DNA of 64,000 bases, from contig CABVRZ010000007.1 in the NCBI GenBank assembly GCA_902500775.1, positions 17,412 through 81,411 on the forward strand, read 5' to 3'. The notes beneath the pieces are model-generated. The model saw nothing but the letters and a program-made list of their open reading frames with translations, did not search any database and was not told where the DNA came from. The DNA comes from an uncultured Nitrospira sp. (GTDB lineage Bacteria > Nitrospirota > Nitrospiria > Nitrospirales > Nitrospiraceae). Shown one piece after another: positions 21,226-29,690 of this stretch (position 1 is its first letter; each line of letters begins with the position of its first letter). A program made the position numbers and the translations under genes.

Positions 21226-21249
21226 AAGCTGCCTCGGGCAGCTTTTTTT
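21226..21249 (+). terminator. Rho-independent terminator after tRNA-Pro
   Basis: AAGCTGCC-TCG-GGCAGCTT followed by TTTTT. Confidence 0.7.
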
Positions 21250-21263
21250 ATTGCAATCCTGCC

Positions 21264-22076
21264 ATGCGGATCCTAGTGACCAACGACGACGGCATCCAAT
21301 CTCCAGGGCTCACGGCCTTGGCGCAAGCCCTGGCTACGATCGGGGAAGTGTGGGTTGTCGCTCCGGATCGGGAGCGCACGGCCGTGGCTCATGCCGTGAC
21401 CCTGCATAAACCGTTGCGTGTTAATCGTGTGGCTCCACGGACGTATATGGTCAATGGGACGCCAGTGGATTGTGTGAATCTAGCTGTGCTCAAGGTGATG
21501 CCGAAGCCACCGGCAATCGTTGTGTCGGGCATTAACAAAGGTGTCAATCTTGGCGATGACGTGATGTACTCAGGGACCGTGTCGGCTGCAATGGAAGGAA
21601 CTATTCTTGGCATACCGTCTCTTGCGGTCTCGCAGGAAGGGCAGGCAAGATTTCGCTTCGAGATCGGCGCGATCTATGCTGCTCGTGCTGCGAGTCTCGT
21701 GATGAGTCACGGACTTCCTGAAGAAACCCTCTTAAACCTTAATATTCCAGATCGGGCTCAATCCACGATTAAAGGAGTGCGGGTTACCTGTCTGAGCCGA
21801 CGCCGCTTCCATAATCCGATCATTGAAAAAGTCGATCCCCGTGGGTACCCGTACTACTGGATTGCCGGTCAGCGGGTCTCGTGGAGTCGTAGTAAGGACG
21901 CGGATCACGAGGCGGTCGAGAAGGGATACGTATCTATGACACCAATTCGGTTGGATACCACCCACTATGGAGTATTGGATCACTTTCGAGCGTGGGAACC
22001 TCTCATCGCCCGAGGTGCACGAACAGGTGTTGCCTCGAAATTCAGCCGCCGTCCAGCCAGGGAGGTGGGGAGGTGA
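21264..22076 (+). CDS. surE: 5'/3'-nucleotidase SurE
   Basis: [31 protein letters not shown] and [11 protein letters not shown]. Confidence 0.97.
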   Translation: MRILVTNDDGIQSPGLTALAQALATIGEVWVVAPDRERTAVAHAVTLHKPLRVNRVAPRTYMVNGTPVDCVNLAVLKVMPKPPAIVVSGINKGVNLGDDVMYSGTVSAAMEGTILGIPSLAVSQEGQARFRFEIGAIYAARAASLVMSHGLPEETLLNLNIPDRAQSTIKGVRVTCLSRRRFHNPIIEKVDPRGYPYYWIAGQRVSWSRSKDADHEAVEKGYVSMTPIRLDTTHYGVLDHFRAWEPLIARGARTGVASKFSRRPAREVGR

Positions 22077-22714
22077 TCGGAGGTTTGATCGAGTCGATTA
22101 TTAGCGTACTGAGCCAATTTATCATTGCCTGTATCTCGAGGTTTGGGTATGGAGGGATTCTCTTCACGATGGCGGTTGAGAGTGCCTGTATTCCACTCCC
22201 AAGTGAAATTATCATGCCCTTTTCGGGGTATTTAGTTCTGAGCGGGCAATTCACGATGCTCGGGGTGACGTTGGCTGGCGCCATCGGCAATGTCTTAGGC
22301 TCCATCGTGGCGTACTATGCAGGGGTGTGGGGCGGAAGGCCATTTGCAGAACGTTATGGCCCCTATTTTCTGGTCTCTCATCATGATCTCGATATCGCTG
22401 ATCGGTGGTTTGCGAAGTATGGAGAGGCCGCCGTCTTTTTTGGGCGCATGCTGCCCGTCGTGCGCACATTCATTTCATTGCCGGCTGGCATCGCCAAGAT
22501 GAATTTCCCTCGATTCGTCCTGTTTACCTTTGTCGGCGCGCTGCCCTGGTGCTATCTCTTGGCATACATCGGCCTTCGGATGGGAGAACAGTGGGAGCAC
22601 CTGCGAGATTACTTTCATCAATTTGACATTGTGATCGGGCTCGTCCTCGCTGTAGCCATTGGGTATTTCCTCTGGTCTCATTGGCCTAGACGACGAACAA
22701 GCCCTGGGGCCTAA
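22073..22714 (+). CDS. DedA family membrane protein
   Basis: ESACIPLPSEII and FFGRMLPVVRTFISLPAG. GTG start overlaps the surE stop (GTGA). Confidence 0.92.
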   Translation: MIGGLIESIISVLSQFIIACISRFGYGGILFTMAVESACIPLPSEIIMPFSGYLVLSGQFTMLGVTLAGAIGNVLGSIVAYYAGVWGGRPFAERYGPYFLVSHHDLDIADRWFAKYGEAAVFFGRMLPVVRTFISLPAGIAKMNFPRFVLFTFVGALPWCYLLAYIGLRMGEQWEHLRDYFHQFDIVIGLVLAVAIGYFLWSHWPRRRTSPGA

Positions 22715-22719
22715 ACCTC

Positions 22720-24201
22720 ATGCTCAAGCTCTTCAATACCCTGACCGGTCGGCAAGAAGTATTCGAGCCGATAGACCCGAACAAAGTCCGCATGTACGTC
22801 TGTGGCGTGACCGTTTATGACTATTGCCACATCGGTCATGCGCGTAGTGCGTTGGTCTTCGACGTGCTCCGTCGTTACCTGGAGTCTTGCGGCTACGCCG
22901 TGATCTTCGTGAAGAATTTCACGGACGTTGACGACAAAATCATCAAACGAGCCAACGAGCAAGGGACGTCCTGTGACACCGTCACGGACAAGTATATCCA
23001 GGCCTATCATGAAGATATGGGGAAGCTGGGAGTCAAGCCTGCAACGGTGGAGCCGAAGGCGACGGAACATATCGGCGACATTATCCGGCTGACGGAACGA
23101 TTGGTGAGTAAGGGGATGGCCTACGCCGTCGATGGAGATGTCTATTTTGAGGTGGCGCAGTATCCGGTCTACGGGCGGCTGTCCAAACGACGACTCGAAG
23201 ACCTGCAAGCCGGTGCTCGGGTGGACGTGGATGAGCGAAAACGCCATCCGATGGATTTCGCCCTCTGGAAAAGCAGCAAGCCGAGTGAGCCAGGCTGGGA
23301 AAGCCCCTGGGGGCCTGGTCGGCCCGGGTGGCATATTGAGTGTTCCGCCATGTCGATGCAGCATCTTGGGGAAACCTTCGACATTCATGGTGGTGGGATG
23401 GATCTCATCTTTCCTCATCATGAGAATGAAATTGCTCAATCGTGTGGGGCGACGGGAAAAGAATTTGCACGCTATTGGGTCCACAATGGGTTTGTCCAGG
23501 TCAACAAAGAGAAGATGTCAAAATCGATCGGAAACTTTTTCACGATCCGTGAGATCTTCGAGAAATCAGAGTGGTCTGAGGAGGTCACAGGTGAGATTCT
23601 TCGATACTTTCTGTTATCGACGCATTACCATGGCCCGCTAGATTTCTCCGATCAAGCCTTGAAGGAAGCCAAAAATGCCCTGAACGGGTTCTATGATCTC
23701 TTTGGGCGCTTAGCTGAATCAAACGGCAGTGCACCATCGGATCAGAGTCTGGACCAGACGCTAGATCGTTGTCAGGTTGCATTTAAGGCTGCAATGGACG
23801 ACGACCTCAATACACCCGTGGCCATTGCTGCATTACAAGGTTTGCGGAGTGTTGTGAATAAATTGACAGAAAAAGGGTTGTCGAGCGAGGAGCGCAAGAG
23901 AGTCAGGCAGGAATTTCGTTCCCTTGGCAATGTCTTAGGACTTTTTCAGATAGATAAGTGGCAATTCGGTGGTCCGTCTGTTGTGCCGATAGGCCAAGCT
24001 AAAGTGACCAGCGAGGCATTACCGGTAGGTGCAAAGAAGTCTGGACTAACTGATACCGAAATAGAAGATTTGTTACGGGAGAGAAACGAAGCACGCGGAA
24101 AGAAGCAGTTCAAGCGGGCCGATGAAATTCGGCAGTCGCTGGCCGCTCACGGCATCATCATCGAGGATAAGCCCGATGGCTCCAGCCGCTGGAAGCGCTA
24201 A
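22720..24201 (+). CDS. cysS: Cysteine--tRNA ligase
   Basis: YVCGVTVYDYCHIGHAR, PGWHIECSAM, HGGGMDLIFPHHENE and KMSKS. Confidence 0.98.
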   Translation: MLKLFNTLTGRQEVFEPIDPNKVRMYVCGVTVYDYCHIGHARSALVFDVLRRYLESCGYAVIFVKNFTDVDDKIIKRANEQGTSCDTVTDKYIQAYHEDMGKLGVKPATVEPKATEHIGDIIRLTERLVSKGMAYAVDGDVYFEVAQYPVYGRLSKRRLEDLQAGARVDVDERKRHPMDFALWKSSKPSEPGWESPWGPGRPGWHIECSAMSMQHLGETFDIHGGGMDLIFPHHENEIAQSCGATGKEFARYWVHNGFVQVNKEKMSKSIGNFFTIREIFEKSEWSEEVTGEILRYFLLSTHYHGPLDFSDQALKEAKNALNGFYDLFGRLAESNGSAPSDQSLDQTLDRCQVAFKAAMDDDLNTPVAIAALQGLRSVVNKLTEKGLSSEERKRVRQEFRSLGNVLGLFQIDKWQFGGPSVVPIGQAKVTSEALPVGAKKSGLTDTEIEDLLRERNEARGKKQFKRADEIRQSLAAHGIIIEDKPDGSSRWKR

Positions 24202-24967
24202 TCCTGAAGAGCTTCTGTATGGGCTCCATGCAGTACGCGAAGCGTTGAAGGCTGGTAACAGACAGCTCCAGCGGATCCTGGTTCTTCGGGTCGACAAACA
24301 GTTCACAGATCTTGTCCACTTAGCTCGATCTCGCCGGGTTCCGGTTCATATCCAGCCCCTTGCTTCACTCGACCGGCTAGTTCCCAATGCCAAGCATCAA
24401 GGCATTGTCGCCTTTACGGCAGTAAAAGCCTATCAGACTCAGGACGAGATTCTTGATCGTGCAGCTCAGCGACAGGAGCCTCCCTTACTGGCAATCTTGG
24501 ATGGAGTCGAAGACCCGTACAACCTCGGGGCCGTGCTTCGGACGGCGGAGGGGGCGGGTGCGCATGGTGTGTTTATTCCAGAACGAAGGGCCACGGGACT
24601 CACTTCCGTAGTGGCAAAAGCCTCGGCCGGTGCGATTGACCATATACCAGTAGCGCGTGTGACGAACCTGAGCAGGCTCCTCGACTCCCTCAAAGCAGCT
24701 GGCGTGTGGATTTATGGGGTCACACCGTCCGCTCAGAAGGTCTATACGGAGATTGACTATCGGGGACCAGTCGGTTTCGTTCTCGGGGCTGAGGGGACGG
24801 GAATTCGATCAGGCGTGATCCAGCACTGTGACGAATGTGTTCGCATCCCACTCCGCGGGAAAGTCCAATCGCTGAATGTGTCAGCCTCAGCGGCAATCGT
24901 CCTGTATGAGGTGGTACGGCAACGAGAGCGGACCAGCCACACGGCAGGAAGATCAACGAACTCGTAG
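24176..24967 (+). CDS. rlmB: 23S rRNA (Gm2251) 2'-O-methyltransferase (SpoU/RlmB)
   Basis: LYGLHAVREAL, HQGIVA, DGVEDPYNLGAVLR, GAEGTGI and SLNVS. cysS-rlmB order. Start at ATG 24176. Confidence 0.93.
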   Translation: MAPAAGSANPEELLYGLHAVREALKAGNRQLQRILVLRVDKQFTDLVHLARSRRVPVHIQPLASLDRLVPNAKHQGIVAFTAVKAYQTQDEILDRAAQRQEPPLLAILDGVEDPYNLGAVLRTAEGAGAHGVFIPERRATGLTSVVAKASAGAIDHIPVARVTNLSRLLDSLKAAGVWIYGVTPSAQKVYTEIDYRGPVGFVLGAEGTGIRSGVIQHCDECVRIPLRGKVQSLNVSASAAIVLYEVVRQRERTSHTAGRSTNS

Positions 24968-25231
24968 CGCTCCCCCCTGGATAGCCGTCTTCAGCAGTTG
25001 AGCCGTATTCGACACGCGCAACTTCTTCATCATATTGGCACGATGAGCTTCAACCGTTTTGACGCTGATCTTCAATCGGTGACCGATTTCTTTATTCTTA
25101 AAACCCGCCCAGATCAGTTCAAGAATTTCCTGCTCCCGTGAGGTCAGAGATTCTGGCCGTCGGGTTCGTGGCGGAGGCTGAAGATCAGCGAGAGATTTCC
25201 GAGGACGGGGCTTTGTGCTTGTTTTAGCCAT
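24953..25231 (-). CDS. Stand-alone LuxR/GerE-type helix-turn-helix regulator
   Basis: LTSREQEILELIWAGFKNKEIGHRLKISVKTVEAHRANMMKKL. No receiver domain. AAAGGAG SD. Confidence 0.9.
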   Translation of the reverse strand: MAKTSTKPRPRKSLADLQPPPRTRRPESLTSREQEILELIWAGFKNKEIGHRLKISVKTVEAHRANMMKKLRVSNTAQLLKTAIQGGALRVR

Positions 25232-25387
25232 GATGTTGAGTTCTCCTTTGATCGTAAGCAGTTTCAGGTATACTCGAAGTCAGTCATTTTTAGATGAGAG
25301 CAATTATCGGACGAATGTTAATAAAAGTAAAGAACGGCAATTCGGCCCTAGTAGGGTTGCTAGGTAGGGAAAGAACTCTGGGCAAAT

Positions 25388-26173
25388 ATGCATGACAGCC
25401 AAGACGTCCTCCTGCTCGTGATCAGTGGTGCCTTTGGTGCTGTGGTTGGAAGCTTTCTTAATGTTTGCATTTACCGCTTGCCAAGGCATGAATCAGTAGC
25501 CTGGCCTGGGTCCCATTGCCCAACCTGCTCCCATGCCATTGCATGGTACGACAATATCCCGATCCTGAGTTATGTGGCTTTGGTTGGTCGGTGTCGACAC
25601 TGTGGGGTACGTATTCCGCTACAGTATCCGGTCGTAGAAATGTTAAACAGTCTGGGATATATGGGGGTAGTGGTGTTTTTTGGGCTCGCCTGGAGCACGG
25701 TGGCGTATTGCGTGCTCTATTCCGCGCTTCTTGTGGTCGCCGGAACTGATCTCTCCCATAAAATCATTCCGAATGCGGTGACATTCCCAGGAATTGTACT
25801 TGGGCTGATCAGTGCCGGTACGATTCTGCCGCTCGGCCTTGTCAACGGAATCATCGGGTTGCTTGTTGGTGGGGGCATTCTCTGGCTGCTCGCCTGGGCC
25901 AGTCCGTATCTCTTTGGAAAAGAGGGGATGGGCGGGGGCGACATCAAGCTTCTTGCTATGATCGGAGCTTTTTTGGGATGGAAACCGGCCGTCATGACGA
26001 TTATGGTGGGGTCGTTTCTGGGGTCGGTCATCGGCGTTGCCCTCATCGCATCACGGGTGATTCGACGGGAGGACTACATCCCTTTTGGGCCGTTTCTGGT
26101 CTGTGGTGCACTGGTGTCCCTCTTCTTTGGGCAGTCATTGCTCGACTGGTATCAAGGCCTATTGGCCGGATAG
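25388..26173 (+). CDS. pilD: Prepilin peptidase/N-methyltransferase (A24)
   Basis: GSFLNVCIYRLP, SHCPTC and GRCRHC zinc motifs, GMGGGDIKL and IPFGPFL. Confidence 0.96.
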   Translation: MHDSQDVLLLVISGAFGAVVGSFLNVCIYRLPRHESVAWPGSHCPTCSHAIAWYDNIPILSYVALVGRCRHCGVRIPLQYPVVEMLNSLGYMGVVVFFGLAWSTVAYCVLYSALLVVAGTDLSHKIIPNAVTFPGIVLGLISAGTILPLGLVNGIIGLLVGGGILWLLAWASPYLFGKEGMGGGDIKLLAMIGAFLGWKPAVMTIMVGSFLGSVIGVALIASRVIRREDYIPFGPFLVCGALVSLFFGQSLLDWYQGLLAG

Positions 26174-26398
26174 TGGCACTCCTGGCCGATTACAGCGATT
26201 CCACTGTATCCTTTTAGTCAAGGACTGTATCTCTTCGGTTTGGTGGTTCCCATCCTTCCTGTGACTTCCCATCAGCCATGATGCTCCACAAGCTGGCTTC
26301 TTCAAGCGTCCGTTTCTCCCATTGCTTCAGTAGGTTACGACACTCCAATTCTCGCTGCACCCCGTAAAAGTATGGCCTCCGCCGGGTTGATGGTAGAG

Positions 26399-26413
26399 CG
26401 GCACGAGTCTTGA
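26399..26413 (+). promoter_or_regulatory. Possible sigma54 promoter for minor pilin set 1 (non-canonical -12)
   Basis: CGGCACG-AGTC-TTGA against consensus TGGCACG-N4-TTGC; 46 bp upstream of ATG 26460. Confidence 0.35.
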
Positions 26414-26459
26414 GATACCGCCACGTCAGTCGCACGCTCAGTGAACCAGAGAGGAAGAT

Positions 26460-26891
26460 ATGAGGCAGGAAGGGAAGACGTTAACGGAACTCCTCGTAGT
26501 AGTCGGCATCGTCGGTATCGTGGCGGGCATGGCCCTGCCGAACTTCATGAGCCTCAGTGCTCGTACTCACGTTCGCTGTACTGCGGAGGAAATAGCCTCG
26601 GAGCTACGCTTGGCAAAGCAACTGGCCCTGACCAACCGCGACCGGGTGCGTATCCTGCTCGATCTCGACCAACGGGAACTGATCACACAGTTTGTCCGTA
26701 GTGGGCTCACGCATCATATCTATCGTTACAGTGACAAGAATCTGGTCATCGATGAGCCAAGCGCAGGGCTGGAGATCCTCTTTCACCCCAGCGGACGGTC
26801 AGCCACAGCGACGACAATTCACCTTCGTAGCCGAGATGGTCAGAACCAAAAACTAACCGTGAGCATCACCGGTCGGGTATCCATTCTATGA
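26460..26891 (+). CDS. FimT/GspH-like minor (pseudo)pilin, set 1
   Basis: Class III signal MRQEG|KTLTELLVVVGIVG with Glu+5, then AEEIASELRLAKQLAL and a GspH-like beta region ending VSITGRV. Confidence 0.85.
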   Translation: MRQEGKTLTELLVVVGIVGIVAGMALPNFMSLSARTHVRCTAEEIASELRLAKQLALTNRDRVRILLDLDQRELITQFVRSGLTHHIYRYSDKNLVIDEPSAGLEILFHPSGRSATATTIHLRSRDGQNQKLTVSITGRVSIL

Positions 26892-27373
26892 GACAGACAA
26901 TGAACGATCATGGCATCAGCTTAGTGGAGGTGATGGTGGCGATGATGATCTCCGGCATTGCCCTGATGGGAACTTTGGGTACGGTGGAAATTGCCACGAG
27001 ATACGCACAGCAAGGTGTGGCGAGTAGCCAGGCGTTGGAATTTGCACAGGCAAGGTTGGAAGTGAAACGATCGGTTCGCTGGGAGCTGTTGCTTGAAGAT
27101 GACCTGGATCGAGATGGAGTTGCCGAAACCCACATGGCGGATGACGGTACAGGATTCGATGCCGTACCAGGCGATGGTATCTATACTGCCATGTATGAAC
27201 GAGATGGAATCACTTTGGTCTGGACGATTGAGGCGGATCACCCCAGAGCCGTGAGTGCATCTGGCATGGTGAGGATACGAGCCGTCGCGACCTATCTGGG
27301 GAGAAATGGAGAGAAAAAAGAAGTTCAGATGGCAACGATGCGAGCGAACCCTGGTTATGTGGGGCAACGATGA
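26888..27373 (+). CDS. PilV-like minor pilin, set 1
   Basis: DHG|ISLVEVMVAMMISG. Contains an acidic DDLDRDG...DDGTGFDAVPGDGIYT insert. Confidence 0.82.
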   Translation: MRQTMNDHGISLVEVMVAMMISGIALMGTLGTVEIATRYAQQGVASSQALEFAQARLEVKRSVRWELLLEDDLDRDGVAETHMADDGTGFDAVPGDGIYTAMYERDGITLVWTIEADHPRAVSASGMVRIRAVATYLGRNGEKKEVQMATMRANPGYVGQR

Positions 27374-28128
27374 ATCGCAAGAGTCCGATGCAAAATCCCA
27401 TCCGACGGACATCAGCGCGCAGTAGAGTCTCTGGACAGTCTGGACTCACGCTGATCGAGTTAATGCTGAGTCTTGTCATCGGCGCCGTCGTGCTGGCCAC
27501 CACCTTCAATATTTTCACAGTGGTGAAGACCCATGCGGACAAGCACTTCACGGCCGTCAGACAGCAGCAGGATATGAGACTTGGCCTGGAAGTGTTCGAC
27601 CAGGAGGTTCGTCTGGCGACGGCTGAATCAATTGAAGTCGCGGCTCCAAATCAGATCCTCTTTCATGCGAATCTCGGCGCATTTCGGACCAAGACCACCA
27701 GCGCGCTTCTTCCAGGGCAGTCGGTGATCGCCGTGCAGGATGGGAGTGGATGGAGTGTGGGGAAGACCATCGTCGTGTGTAGTGCAATAGTCTGTGAATC
27801 ACATCGCCTTGCACGGGCGGGACAACGGAATCAGTTGACCTTGGTAGAGCCGATCGAATCGACCTTCTCAGCGGGCGCATCCGTGGAAGTTCGCAATCGA
27901 GTCGTGTATTACGCCAAACGTGATGAGAATGGAGCCACGCAATTCATGCGTATGGTCGATGGAGGAGCCAGCGTGATGATCGGACGCCTTCAGGCCTTTC
28001 AGTTCTCCTATTGGGACGAGATGGGGAAAAGAACGAGTGCGATGTCCCGCGTGAAACGGGTGGTCTTAGAAATTGTCGCCGATCAACCCCGGCGCACGAT
28101 GCTGCGGGATGTCTCTCTTCAATCGTAA
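27370..28128 (+). CDS. PilW-like minor pilin, set 1
   Basis: QSG|LTLIELMLSLVIG and QQDMRLGLEVFDQEVRLA. Overlapping start/stop with its neighbour. Confidence 0.85.
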   Translation: MNRKSPMQNPIRRTSARSRVSGQSGLTLIELMLSLVIGAVVLATTFNIFTVVKTHADKHFTAVRQQQDMRLGLEVFDQEVRLATAESIEVAAPNQILFHANLGAFRTKTTSALLPGQSVIAVQDGSGWSVGKTIVVCSAIVCESHRLARAGQRNQLTLVEPIESTFSAGASVEVRNRVVYYAKRDENGATQFMRMVDGGASVMIGRLQAFQFSYWDEMGKRTSAMSRVKRVVLEIVADQPRRTMLRDVSLQS

Positions 28129-28143
28129 GCGAGGAATCACATC

Positions 28144-29613
28144 ATGTCACAACGAACTCTCGTGGGAAACCAGCAAGGGATTGCGCTTCTTGGAGCGATG
28201 GTCATCGTTCTACTCCTGTCGCTCATGGCGGCAACACTCCTCAACCTCTCCGGGCAGGAGGTCGTCAGTGCGGGTGCTGGAAATCAGGTTGCCGTCGCTC
28301 AGCAGCTTGCTGATGCAGCAGGGGAACTGGTGGTGGCTTGGTTTCATGATCCACAGTCGACCGCTAGAGACCCACGGTTTGGGCTCTTTCGAGAGAGAAG
28401 ACAGAGTGATGTCCAAGGATCGCCGTCATTCTTTGATCCCAACGGCCGTTCACAGTTTGTCGGGACGAGCGACCAGCCAGATGTCCTGCTTCAAGCAGAG
28501 AATCCAACGGATGAGCGACTCTTGAATGATCCGGAGGTCGGGCTATTCCGTGCCATGAGTCATTTGGGGCAGGTCAAAGAGGTCAAGGTCTATGCGCCGT
28601 CGAATCCGGGCTTGCTCTGTACCGTTGATGCTACGATTGCCACACGGGCCACACCATCGGTCCGACAATCGGTCTCATTGCAATTGGCTGCTTGGAACCT
28701 TCGGCCGTTGAGGGCTGCAGTGCAAGTATCCAGACAGCTGGGAGAATTTCGGCAGGGGAGTGAGTCCCCGGTCAAAGTTCATTGGGGAGACTTGCGGGTG
28801 GGAGACAACCTCGTGCTGAGTCACGAAAGCGATATTCCGGCCAAGAGTGCGATCGCAGTCGTAACAGGGCAGAGCTATGATGAGACGGCTCAGCACGAGG
28901 ATCCCTGGATGGAAGCGTGGGTTGGAGGACAGGTCCAGGTGACTCAACCGGCTTCAAACGAGGCATCGGAGCTTCCATCAAATCTTCACGAAAGGCAGTC
29001 GCCAATTCCAGGAGTACGACTGGATGAATGGACCTACGAGGAGCTAAAACGTATGGCAAAACGCTTTGGGCGCTACTTCGCGATTGACCGAGAGGGGCTC
29101 TTGTATCCCCAAGGTGTGGTCGAACCGGGTCGAGGGCTTTCTCCAGATGAAGTGTTGAAGTCTCAGGGACCGGGGGATCAACAAGGGTTGATCTTTATCG
29201 ACACGCTCGACCAACTGCCACCACGCGTGGACAATCTCGGCGTCCTCCAATTACACGCCTCATATCTCGAAGGCATGGTTGTGATGCAGGGACATATCTT
29301 TCTCAACCCCCGGGGAACTGGAGCGGCCATCAAGGCATTCACCCCACCCCGAACCAGTCCTGAGGGGACCATCGCTCGGATGCCCATTCAGCTCTCAGGG
29401 ATTCAGCTGAGCGGTGTACTCTATGCCACTGGCAACATTACGGTGACGGGACAGGCGAAGGTGTACGGGGCCGTCGTCACAGGTGGAACCATTACCGGAA
29501 CAGACGCACGAGGAGCGCTTGAAGTATGGTACGACCATGACCTCGGACAGGGGTGGTTTCGCGGTGTGCCGGTTGTCTATCGCGCTCCAGGAACATGGGT
29601 TGTCAAATATTAA
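28144..29613 (+). CDS. Large PilX-like minor pilin with a putative C-terminal beta-solenoid
   Basis: QQG|IALLGAMVIVLLLSLM lacks Glu+5 (a PilX/GspK trait). C-terminal Gly/hydrophobic repeats GVLYATGNITVTGQAKVYGAVVTGGTITG; 489 aa. Confidence 0.8.
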   Translation: MSQRTLVGNQQGIALLGAMVIVLLLSLMAATLLNLSGQEVVSAGAGNQVAVAQQLADAAGELVVAWFHDPQSTARDPRFGLFRERRQSDVQGSPSFFDPNGRSQFVGTSDQPDVLLQAENPTDERLLNDPEVGLFRAMSHLGQVKEVKVYAPSNPGLLCTVDATIATRATPSVRQSVSLQLAAWNLRPLRAAVQVSRQLGEFRQGSESPVKVHWGDLRVGDNLVLSHESDIPAKSAIAVVTGQSYDETAQHEDPWMEAWVGGQVQVTQPASNEASELPSNLHERQSPIPGVRLDEWTYEELKRMAKRFGRYFAIDREGLLYPQGVVEPGRGLSPDEVLKSQGPGDQQGLIFIDTLDQLPPRVDNLGVLQLHASYLEGMVVMQGHIFLNPRGTGAAIKAFTPPRTSPEGTIARMPIQLSGIQLSGVLYATGNITVTGQAKVYGAVVTGGTITGTDARGALEVWYDHDLGQGWFRGVPVVYRAPGTWVVKY

Positions 29614-29690
29614 TCGATGATAGTGGCCTCCGCCTGTAAGCACGAATTCAAAAACACATTCTAGTTGTCGAAGTAGAAAGAAGAGCTACA

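Noticed and set aside
21095-21263. tRNA-Pro as an integration site for a mobile element
   Set aside because: No integrase and no duplicated tRNA 3' end were found; conserved surE follows directly.
26214-26435. 73-codon minus-strand ORF between pilD and pilin set 1
   Set aside because: No recognisable family or clear SD, and it overlaps the putative promoter of set 1. It cannot be supported, though a small protein is not excluded.
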